NCBI GenBank assembly: GCA_963668645.2
Contig: CAXXWC010000001.1
Location: forward strand, 448,001 to 512,000
Direction: 5' to 3'
DNA from: Desulfobacterales bacterium
Lineage (GTDB): Bacteria > Desulfobacterota > Desulfobacteria > Desulfobacterales > UBA2174
Length of the DNA: 64,000 nt
Each line of letters opens with the position of its first letter. Position 1 is the stretch's first letter. Made by a program: the position numbers and the translations under genes. Positions 1 to 10,300 of the stretch are shown here, piece by piece. The notes beneath the pieces were generated by a model. The model was not told the DNA's origin. It was given only the letters and a program-made list of their open reading frames with translations, and made no database searches.

Positions 1-225
1 ATGGACGTTTATGGCCGTATTGCCCAACTCTTGATGCAAATGGCCGAACCTGAAGGAGAGGTGCTGGTGGTCAACGAACCGCTGACTCACCAGGAAATCG
101 CCAACATGGTGGGCGCTTCCCGCGAGATGGTCAGCCGCATTCTCAGTGAATTGATCCGCGGCGAATTCATACGCGTAGACAAAAAAATCATCTCAATCCT
201 GCGCAAACTCCCCTACTCCTGGTAA
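1..225 (+). CDS. CRP/FNR-family transcriptional regulator, C-terminal HTH part (probably 5'-truncated by the window edge)
   Basis: LTHQEIANMVGASREMVSRILSEL is a typical CRP helix-turn-helix. Confidence 0.9.
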   Translation: MDVYGRIAQLLMQMAEPEGEVLVVNEPLTHQEIANMVGASREMVSRILSELIRGEFIRVDKKIISILRKLPYSW

Positions 226-354
226 TCTTCGATGATTGCCGACCAAAGGCAAAAAAATCCCACCCTCTATCTGAACCTTATTCAGGTTGCTAATCCCCAT
301 TTTTCCCGTGACATCGCCTTGAGATTGGGATAGTTAGAGGCCCTTTTTGAGTCA

Positions 355-445
355 TCCGCCCGGGCCAAATGGGTGAGAACAGACCGGCCGTTTTCATGCC
401 GGTTGAACGACCAAAGCGGGTATTCCCCGAAAAAGGGAGAAAGAC
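355..445 (+). promoter_or_regulatory. Structured 5' leader of nhaD, candidate Na+/Li+ riboswitch
   Basis: ACCGGC/GCCGGT hairpin overlapping GGTTGAACGACC, plus a TCCC/GGGA hairpin over the RBS, directly upstream of a Na+/H+ antiporter. Confidence 0.3.
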
Positions 446-448
446 ACA

Positions 449-2299
449 ATGCGAACGCTGATCGGCCTCATGATCTTTCTGCTGAGCCCGGCCGCGGCCC
501 TAGCCGCCGAGGGACATGGAACCGCCGCCGTCGACCTGACGGCAACGGTGTACGGATATCTCGGTGTTCTGATCTTCGTGGCGGCCTACTGTCTGGTGCC
601 ACTGGAAAACAAGATCCACCTGAGAAAAAGCAAACCCGTACTGATGGCCGCCGGGCTCATCTGGATACTCATCGCCGTAGCCTACATCGGTCTGGGAGAT
701 CTGCACACGGCCCATGAGGCGATCAAGGCCAGCCTGCTGGAATACGCCGAACTGTTTTTGTTCCTCCTGGCGGCCATGACCTACATCAATGCCATGGAGG
801 AACGCAACGTATTCCAGTCCCTGAGGGCCTGGTTGGTTTCGCGCGGTTTTTCTTTGCGCAGCGTATTCTGGATCACGGGCCTGTTGGCTTTTTTCATCTC
901 TCCGGTGGCCGACAACCTCACCACGGCCCTTCTCATGGGAGCCGTGGTCATGGCAGTGGGCGGCGACAACAAAAAATTCGTGGCCCTGGCCTGCATCAAC
1001 ATCGTCATCGCGGCCAATGCGGGCGGAGCCTTTTCCCCGTTCGGCGACATCACCACCTTGATGGTCTGGCAAAAAGGCAAAGTCGACTTTCATGAATTTT
1101 TCGATATCTTCCCGCCCTCGGTGGTTAACTGGCTGGTGCCGGCCATATTCATGAGCCTCGTGGTGGGCAACACCCCTCCCAAGCGGCTTGAAGAAACGGT
1201 GTCTTTGAAGTATGGCGCCTGGGGCATCGTGGGGCTCTTTCTGTGCACCATCGCCACCGCCGTGAGCTTTCACAACTTCTTGCATCTGCCGCCGGCCACC
1301 GGAATGATGCTGGGCCTGGGATATCTGGGCATTTTGTCCTACCATATCAAGCGGCATGAAGGCCGCGTCGAGCGCTATGATTATATCCTGGGGGCCCGCG
1401 GCGGAGAATCGATGTACCCCCTGACCTGGATCGTCAAAAGAAAGCGCAAGCTCAATCACATCATCGAACAGATCCCGGCGGCGGTGTTCGCCATCAACAC
1501 CGATCACATCATCACCCACTGGAACAAGGCCATGGAGAGGCTGACCGGTGTGCCGGCGTCAGAGGCTATCGGCACCAACCGGCACTGGTATCCTTTTTAC
1601 AAGGAGGCGCGTCCGGTTCTGGCCGACCTGATCCTCAACTACATGCCCGGGAAAGAAGTCGAACGCCACTACCACGACGAACATCGCAAAAGCCCCCTGA
1701 TCGAGGATGCCTACGACGCCACCCACTTTTTCAAGGAAATGGGAAAAACCGGCCGTTTGATTTCATTTTCGGCCATGCCCCTCAAAAATCTGGATGGCGA
1801 AACCGTGGGCGCGGTGGAAGTCCTGGAGGATTTTACCGACCGCCAGGCAGCGGCGCAGCACTTCGATGTGATGAAAAACATCGCCCGCGCCGAATGGGAC
1901 ACCCTGCTCTTCTTTTACGGGGTGATCCTGTGCGTGGGCGGGCTGAGCCAGTTCGGCTACCTGGCGAAGATTTCCACCTTTTTTTACCTGGATATGGGAC
2001 CGACCTTTGCCAACACGATGGTGGGGATTTTGTCGGCCATCGTGGACAATATCCCGGTCATGTTCGCTGTCCTGAGCATGGATCCGGCCATGAGCCACGG
2101 CCAATGGCTGCTGGTAACCCTTACGGCCGGGGTGGGCGGCAGCCTGCTGTCCATCGGTTCGGCCGCCGGGGTGGCCCTGATGGGCACGGCCCGGGGCACC
2201 TACACCTTCGGGGCGCATCTCAAGTGGACCCCGATCATCGCACTCGGCTACGCGGCCAGCATCCTGGTCCATCTTTGGTTCAACGCCAACTTGATGTAA
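449..2299 (+). CDS. nhaD: NhaD-type Na+/H+ antiporter with an internal PAS domain
   Basis: Motifs FFISPVADNLTTAL, ANAGGAFSPFGDITT, SAIVDNIP and GGSLLSIGSAAGVALMG; hydrophilic insert with ITHWNKAMERLTG (PAS). Confidence 0.9.
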   Translation: MRTLIGLMIFLLSPAAALAAEGHGTAAVDLTATVYGYLGVLIFVAAYCLVPLENKIHLRKSKPVLMAAGLIWILIAVAYIGLGDLHTAHEAIKASLLEYAELFLFLLAAMTYINAMEERNVFQSLRAWLVSRGFSLRSVFWITGLLAFFISPVADNLTTALLMGAVVMAVGGDNKKFVALACINIVIAANAGGAFSPFGDITTLMVWQKGKVDFHEFFDIFPPSVVNWLVPAIFMSLVVGNTPPKRLEETVSLKYGAWGIVGLFLCTIATAVSFHNFLHLPPATGMMLGLGYLGILSYHIKRHEGRVERYDYILGARGGESMYPLTWIVKRKRKLNHIIEQIPAAVFAINTDHIITHWNKAMERLTGVPASEAIGTNRHWYPFYKEARPVLADLILNYMPGKEVERHYHDEHRKSPLIEDAYDATHFFKEMGKTGRLISFSAMPLKNLDGETVGAVEVLEDFTDRQAAAQHFDVMKNIARAEWDTLLFFYGVILCVGGLSQFGYLAKISTFFYLDMGPTFANTMVGILSAIVDNIPVMFAVLSMDPAMSHGQWLLVTLTAGVGGSLLSIGSAAGVALMGTARGTYTFGAHLKWTPIIALGYAASILVHLWFNANLM

Positions 2300-2300
2300 A

Positions 2301-2351
2301 AAAACGGGGGACTGCCCGGAAATTCTGCGGGTAGCCCCCCCGTTGCCTTTC
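2301..2351. terminator. Probable bidirectional intrinsic terminator
   Basis: AACGGGGGACTGCCCG...CGGGTAGCCCCCCCGTT inverted repeat between convergent genes. Confidence 0.65.
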
Positions 2352-2362
2352 AAATCACCCGT

Positions 2363-3841
2363 TCAACCTTTCTGGTTCGGCCCGGCCACGGCCAGGCTTT
2401 TAGGAAAAAGGCTGGCCACCTGCCCCTGGTCCTCACCGTAGAACCCCAGGCCCAGCACGCTCTTTTCGAAGCGCACAAGCACATAACCTGTGCCGTCGCA
2501 GGCCGCCAGCTGTTCGGCGGCCGGGGTAAACGGCGCACGGCTCAGGTAGGCATGACGCTGGTCCGGGGTCAAGTCGATGACATTGCTGGTGGCCCACGGG
2601 CCTAAGGCTGCGGCGGCCCCTGTGGTCATGATGGGAAAACGCGGCCTCAAGTGCATAAATTTAAGGCCGCTGGTTTGCTCTGGGAGGTGGGGCGGGCGGT
2701 GGCCGGAAACGGCCAAAAATGCAATCTGAGCCCCGTTTTCGATAACTTCCAGCCCCTCCAGGGCCGACGCCGGGATCCCGAAACGCCGGGCCAGCACCTC
2801 CAGCATCTCATGACGCCGCAAAGAGCAACGCTGCAAGGGGCCGACCGGTGAACCTTCGTGGCGCTCACCGATTGCCGACGGCAAATCAAGGGGTTGTGCT
2901 TCCCCGACCCTTTCAAGCAAAGCGATGTAAAAACCGCCCGAGTCGTTGTGGTGGGGCCAGATTCTCCGGGTGCGGCTCAGGGTGGAATCAAACACCTGTC
3001 CGTCCCAGCCGGTCAACCCGGCAGCAGTCTGCAAACCAGGCAAATCAAAGGGGACAACACGCAAGCGCCCACCGAAAACCTTGAGCACCGCGTCCACCAC
3101 CGCTTCGTTTTCCTCCGGTGCATAGGTGCAGGTGCTGTAGACGATCCGCCCCCCCGGCCGGCAGCGTCGAACCGCCTGGCAAAGCAGCAGGATCTGTTTA
3201 CGCTGGAAACGCCCATAAGGCGCGCTGCAACGCTCGGCAAAGTCTTTATGGCGCCGGCTGGTCCCCTCGCAGGAGCAAGGCGCATCAACCAGAACCCGGT
3301 CGAAAAGCCCCCCGCTAGCCGGGAAATTAACCCCATCGTGGCAGGTAATGGTCACGTTGAAGAGCCCGAGCCGGTCGACGCTTTGGCGCAAAGGGCTCAA
3401 CCGGCCACAAACCAGATCGTTGCCCACCACCGTGCCCTGGTTTTGCATGGCCACGGCGCACTGCACGGTCTTGTTGCCCGGAGCGGCACAAAGATCGAGG
3501 ACCCGCTCACCCGGCTGAGTCCCCAAAACCTTGGCCGGTATCATGGCACTGGCTTCCTGGATTTGGAAATGGCCCGCCAAATAAGTCCAGTGACGCCCCA
3601 ACCCCTGCTGATCGGCCGGAATCCGGAAAGCGGTGGCGTTCCATGGCAAAGGCCGCGGGTCAAAGCCGTCGCCCCGCAGTCGTTCGATCAGCTCTGCCGG
3701 CCGGGTGCGCAGGGTGTTGGTCCAAAAAAAATGGGCCAGGGGCCGCAGGCTCGCATCGGCAAAAGCGTCCAGATCATCAACGATGCCCGCATAACGGGCC
3801 AGGCTGCAAGGAAAATTCATGGCCGTGGCCCATACCACCAC
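2363..3841 (-). CDS. RsmB/RsmF (NOL1/NOP2) RNA m5C methyltransferase
   Basis: VLDLCAAPGNKT, VLVDAPCSCEG and YSTCTYAPEENE motifs; start may be 3820. Confidence 0.9.
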   Translation of the reverse strand: MVVWATAMNFPCSLARYAGIVDDLDAFADASLRPLAHFFWTNTLRTRPAELIERLRGDGFDPRPLPWNATAFRIPADQQGLGRHWTYLAGHFQIQEASAMIPAKVLGTQPGERVLDLCAAPGNKTVQCAVAMQNQGTVVGNDLVCGRLSPLRQSVDRLGLFNVTITCHDGVNFPASGGLFDRVLVDAPCSCEGTSRRHKDFAERCSAPYGRFQRKQILLLCQAVRRCRPGGRIVYSTCTYAPEENEAVVDAVLKVFGGRLRVVPFDLPGLQTAAGLTGWDGQVFDSTLSRTRRIWPHHNDSGGFYIALLERVGEAQPLDLPSAIGERHEGSPVGPLQRCSLRRHEMLEVLARRFGIPASALEGLEVIENGAQIAFLAVSGHRPPHLPEQTSGLKFMHLRPRFPIMTTGAAAALGPWATSNVIDLTPDQRHAYLSRAPFTPAAEQLAACDGTGYVLVRFEKSVLGLGFYGEDQGQVASLFPKSLAVAGPNQKG

Positions 3842-4013
3842 CCCGGCTTTTGTTCAAGGTGGACTTTGACGGGTCTGGCAGCACACCAAGCGCGTATCGA
3901 GGCTCGACTTGCCATTGGCGCAATTTCTGCTATCTTCAACGGGCAGTTTTTTCATCAAGTAGACATGGCGCGGCAGCCCGAACGCCGCGCCCCCGTGAAG
4001 GAGAACGGCACAA

Positions 4014-5279
4014 ATGAACCTTCCGCGCCCCATCTACCTGGACTACAACGGCACCACCCCCCTCGACCCGGCGGTAATCACCGCGATGCGCCCCTTTTTG
4101 GAGACCGAGTTCGGCAATCCCTCGAGCAGCCACTGGTATGGTATCGCGCCCAAGCAAGCGGTGGAACAGGCCCGGCGTCAGGTGGCCGACCTGATCGGCG
4201 CCGCTGCCGAAGAGATCGTCTTTACAAGCGGCGGCACCGAGTCGAACAATCACGCCATCCGCGGCATCGCCCGGGCGCTTAAAGACCGCGGCCGGCACAT
4301 CGTCACCTCGGCCGTAGAGCATCCGGCCGTGCTGGAGGTATACAAGCGGCGGCACCGAGCCGCCATTTGCGGCATCGCCCGGGCGCTTAAAGACCGCGGC
4401 CGGCACATCGTCACCTCGGCCGTAGAGCATCCGGCCGTGCTGGAGGTATGCCGGGACCTGGAGGTCCAGGGAGGAGAAATCTCGGTGGTTCCCGTGGACC
4501 GCCATGGCCTCGTAGATCCTGCGGAGGTGGCCGCAGCCCTGCGTCCCGACACGATCCTGGTCAGCATCATGCATGCCAACAACGAGGTGGGCACGATCCA
4601 GCCGATCGCCGAGATCGCTGCCCTGGCCCATCGGCACGGCGTCCTGGTGCACACCGACGCGGCCCAGAGCATCGGCAAGATCCCGGTACGGGTCGACGAC
4701 CTGGGTGTCGACCTGCTCAGCGTGGCCGGTCACAAGGTTTATGCTTCCAAGGGCATCGGTGCACTCTACATTCGCCGGGGGGCCCTTGTGGAACCTTTCT
4801 GCCGCGGCGCCGGTCAAGAGGGCGGACACCGGGCCGGCACCGAAAACGTGACCCAGATCGCCGGCCTGGGAGCCGCCTGTGCGCTTGCCGCCGCCCAGAT
4901 GATGGAGGCCCCGGCCCGCTTGCAACAGCTTCGAGACCGGCTGTACGAAAACATCGCGGCCCAATGGTCTGAAATCCGCCTCAACGGCCATCCCCAAAAC
5001 CGTCTGCCCAATACGTTGAGCCTCGCCTTTCACGGCCTGGAGGCCGATCGTATCCTTGAAGAGATCGGTCTCGAAGTTGCCGCCTCGGCCGGAGCCGCCT
5101 GTCATTCTGATGCGGTGCAGCTTTCCCATGTCCTGGAAGCCATGCAGATCCCGGTTGAGTGGGCCAAGGGGACCCTGCGTTTTTCCGTGGGCCGCATGAC
5201 CACTGACGACGACGTCGATCGCGCCGCGGCGGTCGTCGTAAAGGCTGTACGGCATCTGAGCACGGCCGGACTCGATTAA
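4014..5279 (+). CDS. Cysteine desulfurase (IscS/NifS family) with a 36-aa internal duplication
   Basis: IYLDYNGTTP, FTSGGTESNN, HTDAAQS, GHK (PLP lysine) and GAACHS. Confidence 0.92.
   Translation: MNLPRPIYLDYNGTTPLDPAVITAMRPFLETEFGNPSSSHWYGIAPKQAVEQARRQVADLIGAAAEEIVFTSGGTESNNHAIRGIARALKDRGRHIVTSAVEHPAVLEVYKRRHRAAICGIARALKDRGRHIVTSAVEHPAVLEVCRDLEVQGGEISVVPVDRHGLVDPAEVAAALRPDTILVSIMHANNEVGTIQPIAEIAALAHRHGVLVHTDAAQSIGKIPVRVDDLGVDLLSVAGHKVYASKGIGALYIRRGALVEPFCRGAGQEGGHRAGTENVTQIAGLGAACALAAAQMMEAPARLQQLRDRLYENIAAQWSEIRLNGHPQNRLPNTLSLAFHGLEADRILEEIGLEVAASAGAACHSDAVQLSHVLEAMQIPVEWAKGTLRFSVGRMTTDDDVDRAAAVVVKAVRHLSTAGLD
4223..4448 (+). repeat. Tandem duplication (118-bp plus 108-bp copies) inside the cysteine desulfurase
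   Basis: 4223-4340 is repeated at 4341-4448 with a net 10-bp deletion and two substitutions. Confidence 0.95.
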
Positions 5280-5290
5280 GTGATGGATCA

Positions 5291-7219
5291 GTGATGAAAG
5301 CCTTTCAATCCACGGCCCTGATCCTCTGCCGACCCAGAACCTCCCTGGATCGAACGATCTCCACTTTAGAAGAGCGGGGTTACGCCATCCACCGGATTGC
5401 CCAGGCCCGTGCAGGGCGCGAATGCCTGCCTGCCGATCCCCCGTCCCTGATCCTGCTGGAAGCCTCCTTGCCAGGGGCCGCCGAAGCGGCTGCGGAAGCC
5501 GCTGCAAGGTGGCCGCATCTGCCTGTGGCCATTCTCTGCTCACGGAGGGTCCTTGACCGGGTGGCCACGGATTTCAAGGCCTGGGCCCTCGAATTTCTAC
5601 CCCTGCCCGAAGACCCTCTGGCGCTGCGCCTAGCCCTGCGCAGAGTGCAGCGCCAGACCCAACGTCGGCAGGAAACGGACCAACGCCTGGCAGAATCGGA
5701 AAATCGCACCGCCCGGCAGGTTGACGACGAACGTTCTGCAGCCGTCGAGCAAATCGTAGACAAAATGGCGACCTTTATCGCCAAGATTGCCGCCGAGGCC
5801 CAGGGCGGGGTGCAATACTTCAACGAACTGCCCTATTTCGTATCGGTTCACAGCCACCGGGGCGAAATCATGGCCGCCAACTCGGCCTATGCCATGCACT
5901 TCGGTTCCCCGCTGCCCCGCTATAGCTGGGAGGTATACAGCGGCAAGCAGGCCGGGGCCCGGAACTGCCCGGTGAACCTCAGCCTCGATTCGGGCGAAGC
6001 GGCCACCACGCATGCCGTGGTGCGCTATCGAAGCGGCCTGCGCGTTCCGGTGATCGTGCATACGGCACCCATCTTCGACCGGCAGGGCCGGGTTGTGCTG
6101 ATCATCGAGGTTTTTGCCGGAACCCGGGAAATCGAACTTTTGGCCCGCGACATTCACACCACCCAGCAGCGCTATCAACAGCTTTTCGACGTGGTTCCCT
6201 TTCACGCCACCGTGCTGGACCGCCGCTTTAACATCACGGCGGTCAACCGGCGATTCGAGAAAGATTTCGGCAACCCTGTGGGCGAATCGTTTTTCGATGT
6301 GTTGCGGCCGGCCAGGTTCCCACCCTATCGCGGACCGATCACCCAGACCCTGCGCGACGGCCAGCCCCACCAGGGAGAAGTGGTCATGACCGACCGCCGG
6401 GGACGCCAGTACAACATGATGGCCTGGACCTCGCCAGTCACCACCCAGGCCGGCAAGCTGATTCAGACCCTGGTTATCTTTACCGACGTCACGGCCCAGC
6501 GCCGCAGGGAGGACGATCTTGCCACCCTGGGGTTGACGATCAGCACCCTGGCCCACAATCTGAAAGGCAGCCTCACCGGCCTGGAGGCAGGGCTCTATCT
6601 GATCGAAAAGGGGTTTTACCGCAATCACCAGGGCCGGATCGAAGAAGGCCTGGATCTGCTCAAGATGATGGCCGAAAGACTGCGCAGCATGGTCACCGAC
6701 ATTCTCTATTCGGCCAAGGATCGGCCGCTCAAGCTGGAACCGGTGGACGTGTTGCAGTTTGCCGGAGACCTGGCCGCCAATATCGAGCGGCGCATGCGCG
6801 GGGCGGCCGTGACCTTCAGATGCCACTTCGCGCCCGATCCGGGTGTTATGCTGGCCGATGCCAGTGTACTGCGGCCGGCTTTGAACAACGTGCTCGAAAA
6901 CGCCCTTGAGGCCTGCATCGAGGCTCCGGCTGGCCGCCCATGCCAAGTCGATTTCGCCGTTGGCGCTGATCCGGATACGATTACCTTCGAGATCGCGGAC
7001 ACCGGATCGGGCCTGACCGCAGAACAGCGCGACCACATCTTTTCGCTCTTCTATTCGTCCAAGGGCAACCAGGGCACCGGGCTGGGCCTTTATATCACCC
7101 GCAGGGTGATCCAGCGCCATGGAGGAGAGATCGTGGTTGACGCCGAGCCGGGTCAGGGCGCCCGCTTTCGCATTCGCCTGCCGCGGCGACGAAAGTTCGA
7201 GCGGTTGAAATCCGCTTGA
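5291..7219 (+). CDS. PAS-PAS sensor histidine kinase with a degenerate N-terminal receiver-like domain
   Basis: H-box AHNLKGSL, N-box NVLENALEA, DTGSG and GTGLGL; two PAS-like segments. Confidence 0.88.
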   Translation: MMKAFQSTALILCRPRTSLDRTISTLEERGYAIHRIAQARAGRECLPADPPSLILLEASLPGAAEAAAEAAARWPHLPVAILCSRRVLDRVATDFKAWALEFLPLPEDPLALRLALRRVQRQTQRRQETDQRLAESENRTARQVDDERSAAVEQIVDKMATFIAKIAAEAQGGVQYFNELPYFVSVHSHRGEIMAANSAYAMHFGSPLPRYSWEVYSGKQAGARNCPVNLSLDSGEAATTHAVVRYRSGLRVPVIVHTAPIFDRQGRVVLIIEVFAGTREIELLARDIHTTQQRYQQLFDVVPFHATVLDRRFNITAVNRRFEKDFGNPVGESFFDVLRPARFPPYRGPITQTLRDGQPHQGEVVMTDRRGRQYNMMAWTSPVTTQAGKLIQTLVIFTDVTAQRRREDDLATLGLTISTLAHNLKGSLTGLEAGLYLIEKGFYRNHQGRIEEGLDLLKMMAERLRSMVTDILYSAKDRPLKLEPVDVLQFAGDLAANIERRMRGAAVTFRCHFAPDPGVMLADASVLRPALNNVLENALEACIEAPAGRPCQVDFAVGADPDTITFEIADTGSGLTAEQRDHIFSLFYSSKGNQGTGLGLYITRRVIQRHGGEIVVDAEPGQGARFRIRLPRRRKFERLKSA

Positions 7220-7310
7220 AAAAAGAGGCGAAACGGTTCAAAAAGAAATGCCTTTTCACAGTCGTGTGGCGGCGGCAAGCCGATTCCGATCCGACTAAAA
7301 GAGAACGACA

Positions 7311-10300
7311 ATGAAAGCCCTGGGTATTTGCCTTGGAGCCTCCTCGGTGACCGCCGTGGGACTGGTTCGCACCGCCGAAGGCGCTTCTCTGATTATTGAG
7401 CGGCAGGTCCACGCCCACGAGGGCAACCCGCGCCAGACCCTGCTGGCCGTGCTCGAAAGCCTGGCGCCGCAAACCTATGACCACATCGCCGTCACGGGCC
7501 GCAAGTTCCGCCACTTCGTCGACCTGACCACCATCGGCGAGCCCGAGGCGGTCGAGGAAGCCTATCGGCAGGTCAAACCGCTCCACCGGGACTGCCCGGC
7601 GATTGTCTCTGCCGGCGGCGAGACCTTCATGGTCTATGTCCTGGATCGTCACGGCCGCATCGGCAACGTGGTTACCGGCAACAAATGCGCCTCGGGCACC
7701 GGCGAGTTCTTCTTGCAGCAGCTGCGGCGCATGAACGTCTCGCTTGAAGAGGCCGCCCAATGGGCCGCCGACGAGCCCCCCTACACCGTATCGGGCCGCT
7801 GTTCGGTATTTTGCAAATCCGACTGCACCCACGCCACCAACAAGGGCATACCCAAGTCCCGCGTCACCGCCGGCCTGTGCCGCATGATGGCCGACAAGAT
7901 CATGGAGCTGTTAAAGCGCGTCCCCCATCGCGACATCATGGTGGTGGGTGGCACCACTCAGAACCGGACCATGATCGACTACCTGAAAAAGGCCATCGAG
8001 GGATTGATCATCCCCGAAGAGGCGGTCTGCTTTGAGGCGATGGGTGCCGCGCTTTGGGCAATGGATCACCCCACCGCCCCCTGGCGGGGCACGGAGGCGC
8101 TCTTCCGGCCCGAGGCGGCAGCCTTCGACCGCCTCCCGCCCCTTTCCGGCGCGGCCGACCAAGTGACCTTTCGCGACCTGCCCCGAGGCCGGCTGGTGGC
8201 CGGGGATCAATACATTCTGGGCCTTGACGTCGGTTCCACCACCACCAAGGCGATCTTGCTGCGCACGAGGGACAACGCCCTGTGCGCCGATGTCTATCTG
8301 CGCACCAACGGGGATCCGGTGGGCGCCTCGCGGCGCTGCTATGCGGCCATCGCCGAGCAGATCTGCAGCCAGGTGCCAGGGGCGGTGGCGGCCGGCATTT
8401 CGATTACGGGATTGGGAGTCTGCGGTTCGGGACGCCAGATCGCCGGCCTGCACGCCATGACCGAAGGGGTGATCAACGAAATCATCGCCCACGCCACCGC
8501 GGCAGTCTACTTCGATCCCGAGGTGGACACCATCTTCGAGATCGGGGGCCAGGACGCCAAGTATACCTACATCACCAACGCGGTCCCCTCCGATTATGCC
8601 ATGAACGAGGCCTGCTCGGCCGGCACCGGCTCCTTTCTTGAAGAATCGGCCCTGGAAACCCTCGGCATTCCCATGACCGGAATCGCCGACATCGCCCTAG
8701 CCGGCCAGGCCCCGCCCAACTTCAACGACCAGTGCGCCGCTTTTATCGCCTCTGACATCAAAAATGCGGTGCACGAAGGGCTCTCTCGCCAAAATATCGT
8801 GGCCGGGCTGGTCTATTCGATCTGTATGAACTACACCAACCGCGTAAAGGGAAACCGGCCGGTAGGCGCCAAAATCTTCATGCAAGGCGGGGTCTGTTAC
8901 AACCGCGCCGTCCCCCTGGCCATGGCCACCTTGATCGGCAAGCCGATCGTGGTGCCGCCCGAGCCCGGCCTGATGGGGGCCTTTGGCGTGGCCCTGGCGG
9001 TCAAGCAACGCATCGCCGATGGACTGTTAAAACCGCAGTCGTTCGATCTGGAACAACTGGCAGCCCGCGAGGTGAACCACGGCCGCAGCTTTGCCTGTTC
9101 GGGGGGGCGCCAGAGCTGCGACCGGCGCTGCACCATCTCCCTGGTGGAAATCGATGGGCGCCGCTATCCCTTCGGGGGGGCCTGCAACCGCTATGAAAAC
9201 CTGCGCCGCCGGATCCGCCACGACACGGCCCGCCTCGATCAGGTACGCCAACGCCAGCGGCTGGTCTTCGAGGCCTTTGCGCCCCGCAGCGAACCGCCTG
9301 CCGGCGGATGGCGCGGCCGCATCGGCATCAACCGCAGCTTCCTGGTCAACAGTCTCTATCCGCTCTATGCCCACTTTTTTGCCCAATTGGGCTTCCAGAC
9401 GGTTCTTCCCGGTCAGCCGGCCGCCGAAGGCATAGACCGGTGCAACGCCCCGTTCTGCTACCCCGTCGAACTGGCCCACGGCTTCTTTCACACCTTGTTG
9501 GAAGAAACCCGGGATCTGGATTTCATTTTTCTGCCCCATCTCAAATCGGTTCCGGCTTCCGCCGCTGGCACGCCGGCCCAGCTTTGCCCCCTGGCCCAGG
9601 GTGAGACCTTTTACCTGCGCTCGGCTTTCCGCGACCGCCTCGGCAGCGCCCAAAAACTCCCCACGATACTGGCCCCGCGTCTCGAATTGACCGCAGGCTT
9701 CGAGCAGGCCGAGCCAGCACTGGTCGAAATGGCCCGTAAAATAGGGATCGACCGGCACGAAGCGCGCCGCGCCGTTTCCACGGCCATCGCCTGGCAGCGG
9801 CGTTGCCTGGCGGCCATCCGGCAAATGGGCGAGGATTTTTTAACCGCTCTGGAGCGAGAACCGTCCCAGCCGGCCGTGATCCTTTTCGGGCGCCCGTACA
9901 ACGCGTTTGCCGCCGAGGCCCACATGAGCATCCCGCATAAACTGGCCAGTCGCGGAGTTCCGGTCCTGCCCTGTGACGCCCTGCCCCTGGATAAGGAGCC
10001 GGGCAAGCGCCACATGTACTGGGGCATGGGCCAGACGATTCTCAAGGCGGCACGCTTTGTCGCCCGCCATCCCCTTCTTTTCGGCACCTACATCACCAAT
10101 TTTTCCTGCGGGCCGGACTCCTTCGTGGTGGGCTATTTCCGTTCGATCATGGGCACCAAACCCTCCCTGACCCTGGAACTGGACAGCCATACCGCCGATG
10201 CGGGAATCGATACGCGCATCGAGGCGTTCCTCGACATCGTCCAGGCCTATGTCCAAAGACAGGCCGCTGGGCAGGCAAAGACGGCCCCTGCCGGCCGTTT

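Noticed and set aside
3909..3936. Sigma54-like TGGCGC-N5-CTGCT upstream of the desulfurase
   Set aside because: It overlaps an equally plausible TTGCCA-N16-TATCTT sigma70 site and cannot be resolved by eye.
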